Positions 13,535-25,824 of a stretch of 64,000 nt of DNA are shown here, piece by piece. The stretch is from Lama guanicoe (Eukaryota). The notes under the pieces are model-generated. The model was given only the letters and a program-made list of their open reading frames with translations. It did not search any database and had not been told where the DNA came from. Where the stretch lies: NCBI GenBank assembly GCA_013239625.1, contig MU053379.1:4609229-4673228 (forward strand), given 5' to 3'. Within the stretch, counting starts at the first letter, position 1, and each line of letters opens with the position of its first letter. The position numbers and the translations under genes are program-made.

Positions 13535-14058
13535 GCAGTGAAAAAAGAGATCTATCAAGCCATGAACGACCTGGAAGAGACCTATTACTAAATGAAAGAA
13601 GCCAGCCTGAAAAGTGTACAAACTGTACGATTCCAACCAAATGACATTCTGGAAAAGGCACAGCTTCAGAAACAATAAAAAGATCGTGGTTTCCAGGGGT
13701 TTGGGGAGAGGGAGGGAGGGAAGGATGAACAGATGGAGCACAAGGGATTTTTAAGGCAATGAAAGTATTCTGTATGGTACCGTAGTGGTGGCTACACGTC
13801 ATTATGCATTTGTCAAAGCCCATAGAATGTACAACAGCAAGAGTGAACCCTCGGTGTAAACTATGGACTTCGGCTGGTGATAATGTGCCCGTGTTGGCTC
13901 AGCGATCGAACCAGACATGCCACCCTGACGAGGGACGTCGAGGGGAGGGGAGGATGTATGTGCGGGTGGGGAGGGCTGTGTGCGAACTCTCTGTATTTGC
14001 TGCTCAGTTCTGCTGTAAACCTGAAAACTGCTCTAAAAGAATAAAGTCTATTAAATAA
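13535..14058 (+). mobile_element. L1MC1-like 3' end
   Basis: atgacattctggaaaaggca, cattatgcatttgtcaaagcccatagaatgtacaac, tgtaaactatggactt, tgtaaacctgaaaactgctctaaaagaataaagtcta. Confidence 0.75.
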
Positions 14059-15529
14059 ATAAACTTAATTACCACCTCCCCTAAAAAAAAGCTTTAAAAA
14101 AAGAATTAAAATTTTTTCAAAAGATGAGGAAACTGTAGGTTAGCATCTTCCCACATAGTTGGTAGAGGGGATTCTCACCGGGGCCCCACCTGAAACAGGG
14201 TCTCAAAGACTCCAGATCTTTGCTAGGGAGAATCGAATTCGAAAAAAATGGTTCTTTCAAAGCTCCAGCCTCCTCCAGCAGGTGGAGACCTGGGCGGAGA
14301 CCGTCACCCCAGTTCACCTGTGCGGAGGGCGGCCCGTTGGCGTTCTGCCGGGTCCCCTCGCGTCTCACCTTTCTGTGCACACCAGCCCGGGCTCCGCATG
14401 CCGACACCTGTGCCCCTCCCCTCTGGCTGCTCACTGTGCGCTCGGGCCACCCCAGGCCAGAGGTTCCAGGGAACTGGTGCACCTAAGAGCTGTCCTGCAG
14501 CCAGTGACTGGCCAGGGCTGCGGGATAAACGCCGGCTCCCTCTCCCTGCAGGTCGATGGATGCTGCGTGCACGTGGGCGCGCGTTTTCCACAGCGTCTCC
14601 ATGATATTAAACCCCAAGGGTTTAGCCTGAGCCCTTGGGCGGGACCTTGCTATCCCTGCTGGACGTGCGTGAGGACGGCTGTGACCTAGGGAACTGCCGG
14701 CAGCCGTCCGGAGAACACAGGAGGGGGTCGCGTGGGGACACGAGCCGGGCGACGCTGTCTGCAGTCCTGACTCGAGCTGTCGGGTGGGGGATGCTGACTC
14801 CTCGCCACCCAGGTGACACCCTTGCGGGGGGGGCCCTGTGACGCGGCGTTCCTGGTCCCAGTCCTCCATCCTCCCTCTGGAGGGAGTCCTCTCTCGGGTT
14901 TGCTGGGGAGAATGAACGGGGATTGCAGCCTACGTCCTCCTCCTTCCCGCAGGGGCCCACCTTGCCCTGGGCCCTCTGGGCGAGAAGTCCCTCTGGGAAG
15001 ACACCTGCCCTGGCCCAGCGTGGCTGATGCTGGGGGTGTGGGTCTAATTGCAGAGTTTGGGCTCAGAAAGTGCACGTGATGGCAAAAATGAGGCACAGCT
15101 CCCAGCCTGGCCCTTGTCGGTGACGACGCCCTGCTCGTCTCAGTTACTCGTGTCACGTCCCCTCGTTCCACACTTCAGGCAAAGGAGGTCCTTTGGGCCC
15201 CTCAGAGGTGCCGCCACAGGTGTCCGTGCCAGCACCCTCCGCTGCTCACTCAGGTAATCGGAGCGTCTTCCCTCCTCCTTCTGTTTTTTCTCATCTTCTC
15301 CTTCTTATTTTAAAATCTAGAGAATCCCACTCGATATGAGAACAAGGCTGAAATTCTGCTGTCATTCAGGAACGAGCCATCAGACCAAGAATTACACCTG
15401 CCACCCCACTTGGACCCCAAAGCTGCGCTAGCGGAAGAACTCAGACCGTGTCATCACGAGCTGAAGAATTTGGGGGGCGGGAGTGGAATCACAGATATTC
15501 CGAGCGCTAGGAGAAGAGGCTGACCAGCA

Positions 15530-15535
15530 TTTATT
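15530..15535 (-). terminator. Candidate polyadenylation signal (AATAAA) of CST11
   Basis: tttatt on + strand ~70 nt downstream of the CST11 stop codon. Confidence 0.6.
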
Positions 15536-15606
15536 TTCCACACGAGCGCTGCGGTCGACGTCGGGTACTTGCACACACAGTGACTGCTGGATGTGCGCTG
15601 GGACCT

Positions 15607-18035
15607 CTAGCCATCGGTGCAGTTTTTGGTCAGAATTTTATACTTTTCAAACCAGGGCAAAACAGACACTGAGAAGAAGCAATCGATTTTCTAAAAAACA
15701 AAACAAAATGTGAAATAGATCTACCTGCAGGCTGAGAACTTTACAGGGGAAAGAAGCCGGAAACACCAGTGCCCTGCCTGCAGCCCCCCGTGGGGCCATC
15801 ATTGTTTTGATTTCAGTGACTCGATAGCATCGCTGCTTAACTCATCCCCCAAACGTCCTTCTGCTGCGGCTGGAAGTGGAGACTGGAAGCAAAGTGTCCC
15901 CCGCCCACACCCACCATGCGGCCACGGCCGCTTCTCCCCTTTTCCACCCCAGGTGCTCCCCGCACACTTCCCGGGCGGGGCCCTCCTCCCCTCCTGGCCC
16001 CACTTCCGCCCGGTCCACCATCTTCCCTCTCCTCCTCCCGACCTCCCATCCTCCCAGCCTCACGTCCCCTTCCTCCCCCGCCCAGTTCCCTCCGAGGCCC
16101 CCTCCTCCCCGCCTCCCTCGCCCCCACAAAGGAGGGTCACGCAACATATTTTGCACGTTGTTGTCATTTCTCAGCGCGACTTCACCTTCCTTCTCTTGGT
16201 TGGAAAGCCCGGGGCTGCGGTGAAGCGGGGTCCAGGGGAGGATGAAGCGCTTACAGTTCCCCTAAACAGAGGTCTGAGTGCTAACTCTGGCTTGATCTCT
16301 CATACCTATCAGCTTCTCTCATTATACTCCACTGTTACCGTCATGATCTCCAGGGAAGAACTAGGAAAGTCTAACTTGCTAGATTTTGGAGAATTCTCCA
16401 CGTAGGTGGAGCTCGCAGATGGACATGTGTCTGTGCTGAGAACACGGAGACCTTTACAACCAGGGTGACCGTGGAATTTATGAGACAAACCAGGACACGG
16501 TGTAAGCAGGTGGGAACGCTGTTAACAATGATGCTAAGAAGCTGTACACAAACCAGGACGCTCCGAACAGACATGCCCCTGACTGCCCTCTGTTAGCTCA
16601 TCTGGGTAAAGAGAGGGCTTTGCAGGGCTGCTGGGACTTGAGACCTTCAAGGCCCCAAGACCGTGGGCCCGCCAGACCATGCTGTCCCAGATGGCCGGGG
16701 TCCAGCCGGCCGCCCCGGATGTGGACACACTGGGTAGGGGCGGTGGCCCCCCGAGCGGGTCACGGGCCTGCGGATTTGTCCCCTCCCTCCCCCGCCCCAA
16801 CACCCTTGAAATGTCTCTGAGCCCGCTTCCCCATCCCTCCTCCTCGTCACTGGATGGAAGGGGCAGAGGCCGCAGCCCAGCCTCTGTGAGACTGTCAGGC
16901 TGACGTCCAGATTTTCAGTGGAAGCTCCGGCGAGGTCCCCCAGCTGCTAAAATGGTAGGACAATCATTACTTCCTTCGACCTCAGCGTGTCCCCCCGCAG
17001 CTCAGTGACCTGGGCTCCCCCCTCCAGACCCCTCAACTGCCCCGAAATCCTTCCAGCCGTAAAGGCACAGAGCCCGCCGGGCGGGGTCCTGGTCCCTCTC
17101 TCCATCACTTCTCCGCCTCGAGAAAGGAGGTGCGAGGTGTGTGTTCTTCTCAAGCAAGCTGGGTACCTCCCCAGTACTCCCACCCCCCTCACCCCAAGCC
17201 ACAGGGGGAGCCACGCAGAGGGGCGTGGCCCGCACCTTGTAGAGCTCCCCGTCCTGAAAGCTGCAGTTGTTGGCCTCTGACTTGAAGCAGACGGTCCTGC
17301 GCATCTCCGCGTTGATGTGGTACTCCATGTGGTCGGTCAGCTGCGGGGGCAAGGGGCAAGGAGATGAAGGGCCACCAGCCCTTCCCTGTAGGGCCGCCCT
17401 GGACGGACTGGGGCTCCTCCCTCCTCTTCCTGTCTGCCGCCCGTGCTGCCCTGTCCTCCGGGGAGAGCTCCCCAGAAGTCACCGCTCGGGCAAAGTCACC
17501 CTGGGGTGGCCTGCGTGATGCCCACTGCTGGCCCACGGCAGGGAGCAGGAGCCCCACCAGCGTGGAAACAGCCTGAGCCGGGCATATGCGGCGCAGCTGG
17601 GCGCCCGGAAAACAGGCACCGGGTGGCGGCGGGCAGCTGGGGTCCTCAGCTGTGCTGGGCCGGCCCTGGTCCTGCGCATCCCCTGCAACCGCTCCAGGGA
17701 ATTTCTGTTTCTCTTAAAACGCCCGCTTCTGACTAAACGGGGCCAAGCTGACCGGCGCAGCCCCAGCCCGCGGCGCCCTGGCAGGGCTGGTGAGGGGAGG
17801 GGACACTGACCTTCTGCACGACCTTGGGGACCCGCACGACCCGGAAGTTGTACTTGTCCTCACTCTTCTTGTTGAACTCCTTGGTCACGTAGTCCAGGGT
17901 GGTCACCACGACGGACGCCGATGCAGGCACCTCCCGGACACTGATGAAGGTCTTCCTTCTTGTTTGGTAGGTGAGGGCCACCAGAGCCCCCACGACGGCC
18001 AGCAGCAGTCGGGGGCCCTGCGGGGCTCTGGTCAT
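15607..18035 (-). CDS. CST11: Cystatin-11 (CRES2), 137 aa; complement(join(15607..15690,17236..17340,17811..18035))
   Basis: Exon 1 MTRAPQGPRLLLAVVGALVALTYQTRRKTFISVREV...FNKKSEDKYNFRVVRVPKVVQK|gtcagt; exon 2 cag|LTDHMEYHINAEMRRTVCFKSEANNCSFQDGELYK|gtgcgg; exon 3 tag|KIDCFFSVSVLPWFEKYKILTKNCTDG*. Matches recalled CST11 (RKKTF, TDHLEYH, CFFSV...PWFEQYKIL). Confidence 0.94.
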
Positions 18036-19074
18036 TGTCGCTGGGCGGGGGGCCTCTTCCTCGGGCTGCCAGAGCTGGTCAGCGTGCTGGCTGCTCTGCT
18101 CGGCCGGATTTAAGCCAGCCCGGGGTGGGGGGACACCTACGCTCCCCTCCCCAGTCCAGATCTGCATTCACGCCTGCGGGGAAGGCGGGCAGATGGCAGC
18201 TGCAGGCTCAGCGCACCCACCACCTGCTGCATCCCTCGCAGCTGTTGCACACGCACGCACCCCGCCCCTCTCGGCTGCACACCCTCGCCCCTGCCCAGTA
18301 TTTCTGGGTGGGAGCCAGGCCGGGGCTTCTGTCCACAGAGCTCGGCTCAGCCGGGGCCGTGGGAAGCCTGGCGCACAGGAAGGGACCGGGACGCGGGGGC
18401 GCGGGGGCGCAGGCAGCAGAGCGAGACGAGCTGGACTCCACCCCCACCTGTGCCCCTGATCTTCCCGGGCTGTCCTTCCAATCGTGCCCTCCCCCACCTC
18501 CCTGGCTGGCAGGACACAAGCTCGCTCACACGCTCAGACCTGGGCATCGTCTGCCTGCCCACGTGGGAGGTGCCTGCCCTGCCCCGGAGAGCTGTGCTCC
18601 CCAGAAAAGGGAGGGTGGGCCCCGAATGGGAAGCTGCGGGTGTAGTCGTGACGCTCTGTGTTCACGTCCCACCATCCCTGAGGCTGGACCCTCCGTGGCA
18701 CTGGGACAATGCTCAGCCTCAGTCCAGAATCCAGGTGCCGGTCTCTTCAGATGCTTGGAGCTTAGACGGTGTCTTGAGCTGCCCTTCTCCCTCCTGGGGC
18801 CGCGGGTGGGCAGTGGGGCAGACAGCTTCTCCTAGCTTCTCCTTCTGTCTCCTGTCCGTCCTCTTCTGCCTCCCCATCTCACCACATGGCTCCTAGGCCC
18901 CCCGGAGCCAGAAGAGGAGCCAGAAGAGGAAGAAGGGGAGGGACGGGGAGCTCTGGCCGCAGGGCCCCGGGCCCCGCGAAGCCTGGAGCCGACTGCAGCG
19001 CGGGTCCTTCCCCGGCTCCCCCCACCACCGGCTCCTGCGGGAGCCTGCCCCCCCTGGCAGCTCGCTGGCGTCTT

Positions 19075-20255
19075 GCGGCCGTGGGAATGAGTTACCACCC
19101 AGGCTGGCTTCAAACAGAACATGTTTTGGGGGTTTTTTGTTTGTTTGGTTTTGATTGTTTTCTTTTTTTTAAGAATTGAGTTATAGTCACTTTTCAGCGT
19201 TGTGTCAGTTTCTGGTGCGCAGCACAGTGCCTCGGTCGCACACGCACATACATGTATTCATCTTCACACTCGTTTTCCCCGTGAGCGACTGCAAGTGTTG
19301 AATATACTTCCCTGTGCTGCACAGTATAAACTTGTGTATCTGTTTCATACATACCAGTCAGTATCTGCAAATCTCAGACTCCCAGTGTATCCCTTCCCAC
19401 CCACCTCCTCCCCGCTGGCAGCCACAAGTCTGTGTTCTATGTCTGTGAGTCTGTTTCTGTTTTATATATACATTTATATATATAAGTTCATTTGTCTTTT
19501 TGTTTTTTTAGATTCCACATATGGTTTGGTGCAGCTATTGTGGAAAACAGTATGGAGATTCCTCAAAAGACTAAAAATAGACATACCATATGACCCGGTA
19601 ATCCCACTCCTGGGCACATATCCAGCAGGAACCCTACTTCAAAAAGACACCTGCACCCCAATGTTCATAGCAGCACTATTTACAACTGTTTCCCAGACAT
19701 GGAAACAACCTAAATGTCCATCAACAGATGACTGGATAAAGAAAATGTGGTATATTTATACAATGGAATACTACTCAGCCATAAAAAGGAATAAAATAAT
19801 GCCATTCGCAGCAACATAGTTGGACCTGGAGATTATCACTAAGTGAAGTAAGTCAGACAGAGAAAGAAAAATACCACTTGATAGCACATTTTTTAAAAAA
19901 TCTCACTGCCCTGGAGATCAGAAGTCCTAAAACCCAGGTGTGGGCAGCGCTGCCTTCCTTCCACAGGCCCTCAAGGAGAACCTCAGTCTTCCTGCTTCCA
20001 GAGGCCTCTGCTCTGCCCATGGCCCCCTTCTCCATCCTCATAGCCAGCAGGGGGCCTTCCAGCCCCTCTCTGACCCTCCACCTCCTTCTCATAAGGACCC
20101 TGGTGATGACGTCCAGCCCCCTTCCCTGCAATGACAAAGGATGGTCTCCCACCTCGGGACCGTTAACTTAGTCCCACCTGCAAAGCCCCCTTTCCCTTCG
20201 CAGCAGCCTATTCTCAGGTTCCGGGCGAGGGGCTGGGGTGGTGAGGACGGGGGCT
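19075..20255 (-). mobile_element. MLT1-like MaLR LTR split by the L1 insertion at 19128-19888
   Basis: ttaccacccaggctggcttcaaacagaa (left part) continues as tctcactgccctggagatcagaagtcc...ctcataaggaccctggtgat...ttaacttagtcccacctgcaaag (right part). Confidence 0.65.
19128..19888 (-). mobile_element. 5'-truncated, 5'-inverted L1 (twin-priming structure)
   Basis: T-rich tail and L1 3' UTR on minus strand (19128-19522) fused to a plus-strand ORF2 C-terminus ([29 protein letters not shown]...DDWIKKMWYIYTMEYYSAIKRN, 19523-19888). Confidence 0.88.
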
Positions 20256-22074
20256 TTTCTGCCTGTTGTAATAGCACAAGGTTTCTTCTTTCCAGGATTC
20301 TCCGGGAATTCCCTGGTTTCTTTCGGCTGAGGCATGTGGACCCCCCTGGTGTCCCTCCCACCCAGGTTCTGTCTCTACCCAGAACAGCCCCAGCCCAGCC
20401 CCGTCTGGTCACCCGGCTGGAGTGCAGGGAGAGTCAGACCCGAGACCCCCTCCCTTAAGCCTGCCCCCTGCCTTCTGCCCCTATCGATTCACTTCTCCAC
20501 AGGCGGCGAGCTGTTTTCTACCTCGTAGTGCCTTCACCTGCTACGAGGACTTCAGCATTCTGCCCCGGATTTCAAAATCTGCCTCAACAATGGCATTTCG
20601 CGTTCAGTAACATCTGCATAGAGTCTGGCCTATAACTCTCGGGGGGCATAGATCCCCAGTCACGCCCACTGGCGTGGGCCTGCATTAAGGCCCCTTCTCC
20701 ACACTCACAGCACGAAGCACGTTCACGCCTCCGCAGATGCGCCCACGTGTCGCCTCACTCCAGTCCTGCTCTGAGGTCTGACCCCGTGGTTCTGCCTGGT
20801 TGCTGCAAATTCCTCACAAAGTCCCACTGTGAACAGGAGCACCTCCGACTCAGGGCCAGCTTGCGGGCCTCACGCCCCCCTCGCTGCCCTGCAGGCCCCG
20901 GGTTGTGTCTAGGGAGCCCCAAGATCAGCCCGAGGTCCACCCAGGCCTCAGTCACTTCTTCCCTTCTGCCTCCCGCCCTGGATGCTTCGTGGTGACAGGG
21001 ACCCGGGTTCGCTCACATTTATCTTATAAACACTCGGTTGTCCCCAGCTCCGGGCCTTCCACAACCCACGTACAGGCGGTTTAGACGCTGAGACCGAAAG
21101 CAGAATTGTCAGCTGCCAGGAAGGCTTCCTGCTCGGCCCTGGCCGGGTGCCGAGCCTCGCATCTGCACAGACTTGCCTCAGGTGCCTGGAGCCGCACCTC
21201 AGACGTGCCCTGCTGGAAGGTGTCCCCTGACGGCTGGACTCTCCTCTCTGGGGGACCGGCATGCAAGGAGGTGGCACTGGCTGGTCCCCCTGGCGGCTGC
21301 CCTGCTGATGGGTTCCTGTGGTCCGAGTGCATGTCCTCAAGCCCGTAGACACTGCCCCTCCAGCCAGCAGAACAGCGCACGCCTGGGGCTCAGCACGGGG
21401 AAGCAGTCGGGTGGCTGCCCCTGAGCTGGGGACATCCCTGCCTGGTGGTGAGAGGAGGGTGTCACAGTATCAGGGATCTTTCTGGAAGCCACAGTCCCCG
21501 CCCTGGAGGCGGCCTCAGGACTTTGGCTGGGCTTCCTTTGGTGGGTCGGGGGCCAGCCTGGGATGGCCGGGCCGGGGGAGGCTGGGTGTCAGCTGGGGGA
21601 TCCCTGCCCAGGTGCCCTCACACCTGCCTCCGCTCAGACCCGGCTCCCCTCTGGTGAGGCTGCTCCCCAGCTTCACTTTGTGAGAATTCACTCACCTCCC
21701 GGACTCTCCTGCAGGGCCCTCTGCTCTGGAACCTCCTTCTGAGCGCCGCCCCCCACGCCGGGCTGCACCTTCGGGTGTCTCCTGCAAAGACCGGCCTCCC
21801 CGCCGCTGCCCCTCTGCCTCTGGCACTGGCTTCAAGGCCCTTCGGGCAGATGGTCTGGGTTCACATCCCGGTCACGGTGGGCGGGTCACCTCCGTTTGAC
21901 ATGCCTGGGTCTCCGCACCGGGAAAGCGGGTGTGAAATGCTTCCGCTGTCCTGACGGCCAAGAGGTAACTCAGGAGAGGGCCTAGGGCGGGCTCACGGTG
22001 TCAGCTGTTACCATGTCGTCCTTCCTGCTACCCGACCCTGCCGCAGGGCTCGTGCAACGAGTGGCTGGTGGCGT

Positions 22075-22280
22075 GCGCACGCGCGTGAGCACACGCACAC
22101 GCTGTGCACGCACCACACACAAACATCACCCCCACACACACCACGTACACAAGCACACACACACCACACACTCACACTGCACACTTATCGTACATGCACA
22201 TGTGCACACTACACACACATCACACACACACACACACGACACACTCACGGACACACAGCGCCTCTCAAATACACACAGCC
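22075..22280. repeat. Degenerate (CA)n microsatellite
   Basis: Interrupted cacacaca runs. Confidence 0.8.
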
Positions 22281-22289
22281 AGAATTCTG

Positions 22290-22640
22290 AGGAAAGGAGG
22301 ACAGACAAACCCACAATCCAATCCCCACGAGGGGTTTTAACATGTCACCCAGGAACAGACGGAGAAGCAGGCAGAACCCCAAACCCAAACCAAACTCAGA
22401 AAAACAAAACAAAGTAGGGAGGGTCCCTGTGGGGAAGTTTTGATCACACGGGCCACCTCGGATATGTCCATCCCTAACTTTGCACCTGAAAAGTGCAGAA
22501 GACACAGTCTTTTCAAGAACGTGGACCACTGGCCATATTCTGGGGAACAAAACAGGTCTCGGCCAATTTCACAGGAGAGACGGAATAGAGAGGCTGTTCT
22601 CTGAACGGAGCGGCCTTGGGCCGGAGGTCGGGAGGAGGAA
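22290..22640 (+). mobile_element. Very old L1 ORF2 (endonuclease region) fragment
   Basis: gcagaagacacagtcttttcaag, ggccatattctggggaacaaaacaggtctc, gttctctgaac resemble the L1 AEYTFFS / DHILGHK / FSDH region. Confidence 0.55.
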
Positions 22641-24194
22641 AGGCCATCAGGAAATGGGCGGCCGTGCGAGAGAACACGGCACCGCCAGCGGGGCCCCAGG
22701 CGGAGGGCACGTCAGGGAACCAGGCGCGTTTGGAGCGCAGAAAGCCAGGGTCAGGCATGGCCGGCGGGGAGCGCGGAGCCAGGTGGGCTTCTGGAGGAGG
22801 TCAGGGCGGCGGTGAGCACAGCTCCCCGCAGACACCCCCACTGTTGGCTGCACGCCCCATGCTCCCAGCCCGGCCGGCCGCGTGGGCTCCAGCCAAGGTC
22901 ACAGCAGGCTTGGCCGCTGCCGTGCTGCCCGGCAAGGGACTCCCGTGACCCCGGCGGTCCCAGCTGCACGGCTCTGAAGGCGGCAGGGTGGACGCAGGGC
23001 CCGGCAGGAGGGACCCGCCCAGGCTGAAGCCCTGGAAACGCGGAGCACGGAGCCTGCAGCACTCGTGTCCAGCATCCAGGGTTTCTGTGACCAGGGGTGG
23101 ACAACGTGACCCCCTGCGCTGCCTCCTGTTCGGTGCCAGCAGGAGGGACAGGCAGTGGGGTGCTGAGGAGCTGGCCTGCGGGGGTCGCCCATCGCCCGTC
23201 CTCCCCGCTGACGCCGGACAGCATGTTCCCGAAGGCGTCTCTGCTGCTGGGGCTCACTGTCCCCGGCAGCCAGCTCTGGACCTTTTGAAAGGCCTTTGCG
23301 GACATTAGTAAGAACCACGGTTATTTCACGGTGTCCGTGGAGTTGGCCGTCACTTGCTTCAGCAGTGGCAGCGAGGACGCGCAGGCCCACAGGCTGCTGG
23401 AGGTCGGGCGAGCCCAGCAGGAGGTGAGTGGCCGTCGGGAGCCCAGGCCCAACCCTGGTCCCGGTGACCAGCCCTGAGCCGGCCCACGTCAGCGGGGCTC
23501 TGAGGGGATGGCGCAGCTCTGAAGGCACCCGGGGGACCAGGATCCCAGCCCCCCTCCCCGGAAGGAGGGGCCTGGGACCTCCGCGTGTCGGCCGATGTGA
23601 CTGAGGGGCGGGTCTGCTGTCAGGTGTGCCGTGCGCATGCGTGTGCACTCGGCGCCGCGCGCCCTGCTTCCCGTGCCTGTCCCCCGCCACGTACGTCAGG
23701 CACTGGTGGTGGGGGTCCTGAGCCGGCCATCAGTGGGGGTGGGGGGAGGCCAGGCTGCCGGAGGTGCCCTCGGGGTCATCCCCTTTTTGGTTTTGTGCTT
23801 GTAGGGAAGTTGCACACGGCTTGTGTGACCTGTTTACACACCTCGTCTGGTCTTCTGTCCACTTTTCTACTTGGTTCTCTGCCTTTTTTCATTCACGGAA
23901 AGCAAACGTAGCAGCTGCTTCACGATTCCCCGACAGAGTTGGACAGTGATATTTTTAATGGACCTGGAGCTGGGCTGGACAATTTGCAGAAAACGTGCTG
24001 AAGACTTCGGCCACTGTCCCCTGCAAGAAGGCCCGGGAGAGAAGAAGGTTTGAGAATAAATCAGCACAAAGCTCCCTGAATCTTCTGACAGTGAAGCATA
24101 ACACGCGGGAGAGTGTGTGAGAGAACCTGCCGCCCCCGCGTGCGTCCTGTTCTCCCCACAAAGGACGCCTTGCTCCTGGCCCTTCTGGTCACCA

Positions 24195-24880
24195 CGTATG
24201 GGGGTTTTTTCACACGAAATAATTCTCTGGGACACCAGGTGTCTATCCGGAGGTGATGTCAGATCTCACGGGTTAGGGCTCAGCCCCCGACACCGCTCCC
24301 TGCTTGCAGGTGCCAGATGCGAGCAGCATGCCCCCAGGGGCCCACAGCTTCCAGCCAATTTGCTACACCTCGGAGATTGCCACCCCGCTCTTCAGGTGTG
24401 ATGAGTTTGCTAGTCCGGCTCACAGCTCAGGGAAGGATGCTCAGGGTGTGACCCGGACACAGAGGCGCAGCCAGGTGCAGAGATGCCCGGGGTGAGGTCT
24501 GGGGGTCCCGAGCACAGGGGCTCCTGGCCCATGGAGCTGGGGGGGCGGCGTCGCCCAGTGTGGATGTGTCCATCAGCCTGGAATCTCTCCAAACCCTTTG
24601 CTTTGGGAATTTTCGGAGACTTCATCACATGGGCATGATCAATCATCAACTCTGTCTCCAGCCGCAGCCCTTCTCCGGAGGATGAGGGGTGGGGCTGAGA
24701 ATCCCAAGCTTCTAAAGATGTCTTGGTCTTTCTGGTGAGCAGCCCCCACCCAGGAGCCCACCAGGGTCACCTCAGTAGGACAGGAGGTGCTCCTGGTGGG
24801 TTCACCAGTTAGGAGTTCACGAGAGGCTAGGGGGCTCTGCGCCAGGAACCTGGGCAGAGACCAACTTAAGCATTTTCTAT
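24195..24880 (+). mobile_element. MER21-like LTR in intron 2 of the CST16-like locus
   Basis: gtcagatctcacgggttagggctcag, ggggtggggctgagaatcccaagcttcta, ttggtctttctggtgagcagcccc, ccaggaacctgggcagagacca motifs; absent from the paralogous intron at 28948-29635. Confidence 0.6.
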
Positions 24881-24930
24881 GCTAGGGGGCTTAGGAAAGT
24901 CACAGGGGTGACCCTGGGGCAGAATGCTGG

Positions 24931-24966
24931 GGAGGACCGGAGGACCGGAGGACCGGAGGACCGGAG
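24931..24966. repeat. 8-bp tandem repeat (ggaggacc) x4.5
   Basis: ggaggacc ggaggacc ggaggacc ggaggacc ggag, immediately left of the duplicated tract. Confidence 0.85.
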
Positions 24967-24980
24967 TACGGCTAGGTTCG

Positions 24981-25824
24981 CTGGTCACCCCCCTCTCCCC
25001 CTGGTCCCTGGGCTGCGAGGACAAGCCCGGCTCAGCCAGTCCTCCTGCCATCATCCTGCGAGCTGACGTCTGGTCCACTGGACTGGGACCATGGGCGTGG
25101 GCCTCAGTCAGGGGGACGCCCTCCTTGGGGCTGGTGTCCCCTGTTGCCAGCCTGGGGGGCAGCCTCCCCTTGGGGTGGGTCTGCAGCCACTCCCAGGTGG
25201 GTGGGCGCCATCTGGACCCTCTCCTGGGCAGTCTGCCGGCTCCCAGAGCCCACAGGCAGAGGCCCTTCATACAGCATCATGGTGGGCGGGGTCCTGGGGG
25301 ACAGGCAATGGCCCCACCGGGCAGCCTCTGGGGAGCCCCCATCCTGGACCCTGGACGGGTGGATTCAGCACCCCCGCCCGTCACCCAGGTGGAGACCTGC
25401 GCTCCCGAGCCCGGCCCCAGGCCTTTCCTCCCTCTTTAGCTTTTAACCCATCCGGGCACCTGCGAAGTCCTCCACGCCACGTGCTCTCACTGCTACGTTG
25501 GTCTGATTATGTCTTACGGTGCCTTTTTCCAGGTGAGCTGCACTTTCGTGGTGGACTCGCAACCCCGGATCACCCAGTTCACCCTCGTGAACAGCACCTG
25601 CCAGCAGAACCAGGGGGAAGGGCCCCCGGCTCCCGCAGCAGACCCTCTTCCTCTGGATGACGTTCCGGGATCCTAGGTCTGTGCGGCACCAAGGGAAGTA
25701 AAGGCACCTCAGAGCTCTCTGGGCCCCTGTCAGTTCTGTGTGCTCCCCAATGGTCCGTTTCCATGGATGTCACTGCCGGTGACGAGTGATGGAGAAGTTG
25801 TCACTGTTGTTCCCACCTGGGCTG
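24981..25824 (+). repeat. Direct repeat copy 1 (~845 bp) of 29083-29927
   Basis: Near-identical sequence at offset 4103; ORF-track translations 25091-25660 and 29194-29763 differ at one residue. Confidence 0.95.

Larger units (their letters stand above)
23223..25676 (+). pseudogene. Cystatin-16 / Cstdc2-like gene with premature stop; join(23223..23423,23937..24047,25533..25676)
   Basis: Exon 1 MFPKASLLLGLTVPGSQLWTF*KAFADISKNHGYFTVSVELAVTCFSSGSEDAQAHRLLEVGRAQQE|gtgagt with TGA at 23286-23288; exon 2 cag|[37 protein letters not shown]|gtttga; exon 3 cag|[23 protein letters not shown]...GS*. Name from recalled similarity to bovine 'probable cystatin-16' / mouse Cstdc2. Confidence 0.85.

Noticed and set aside
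20516..20610. Possible orphan cystatin exon 3 (AFTCYEDFSILPR, C-x7-P spacing) after a tag acceptor
   Set aside because: Wrong phase by 1 nt, no terminal Cys, and no matching exons 1-2 found; a TBLASTN/HMM search with cystatins would be needed.
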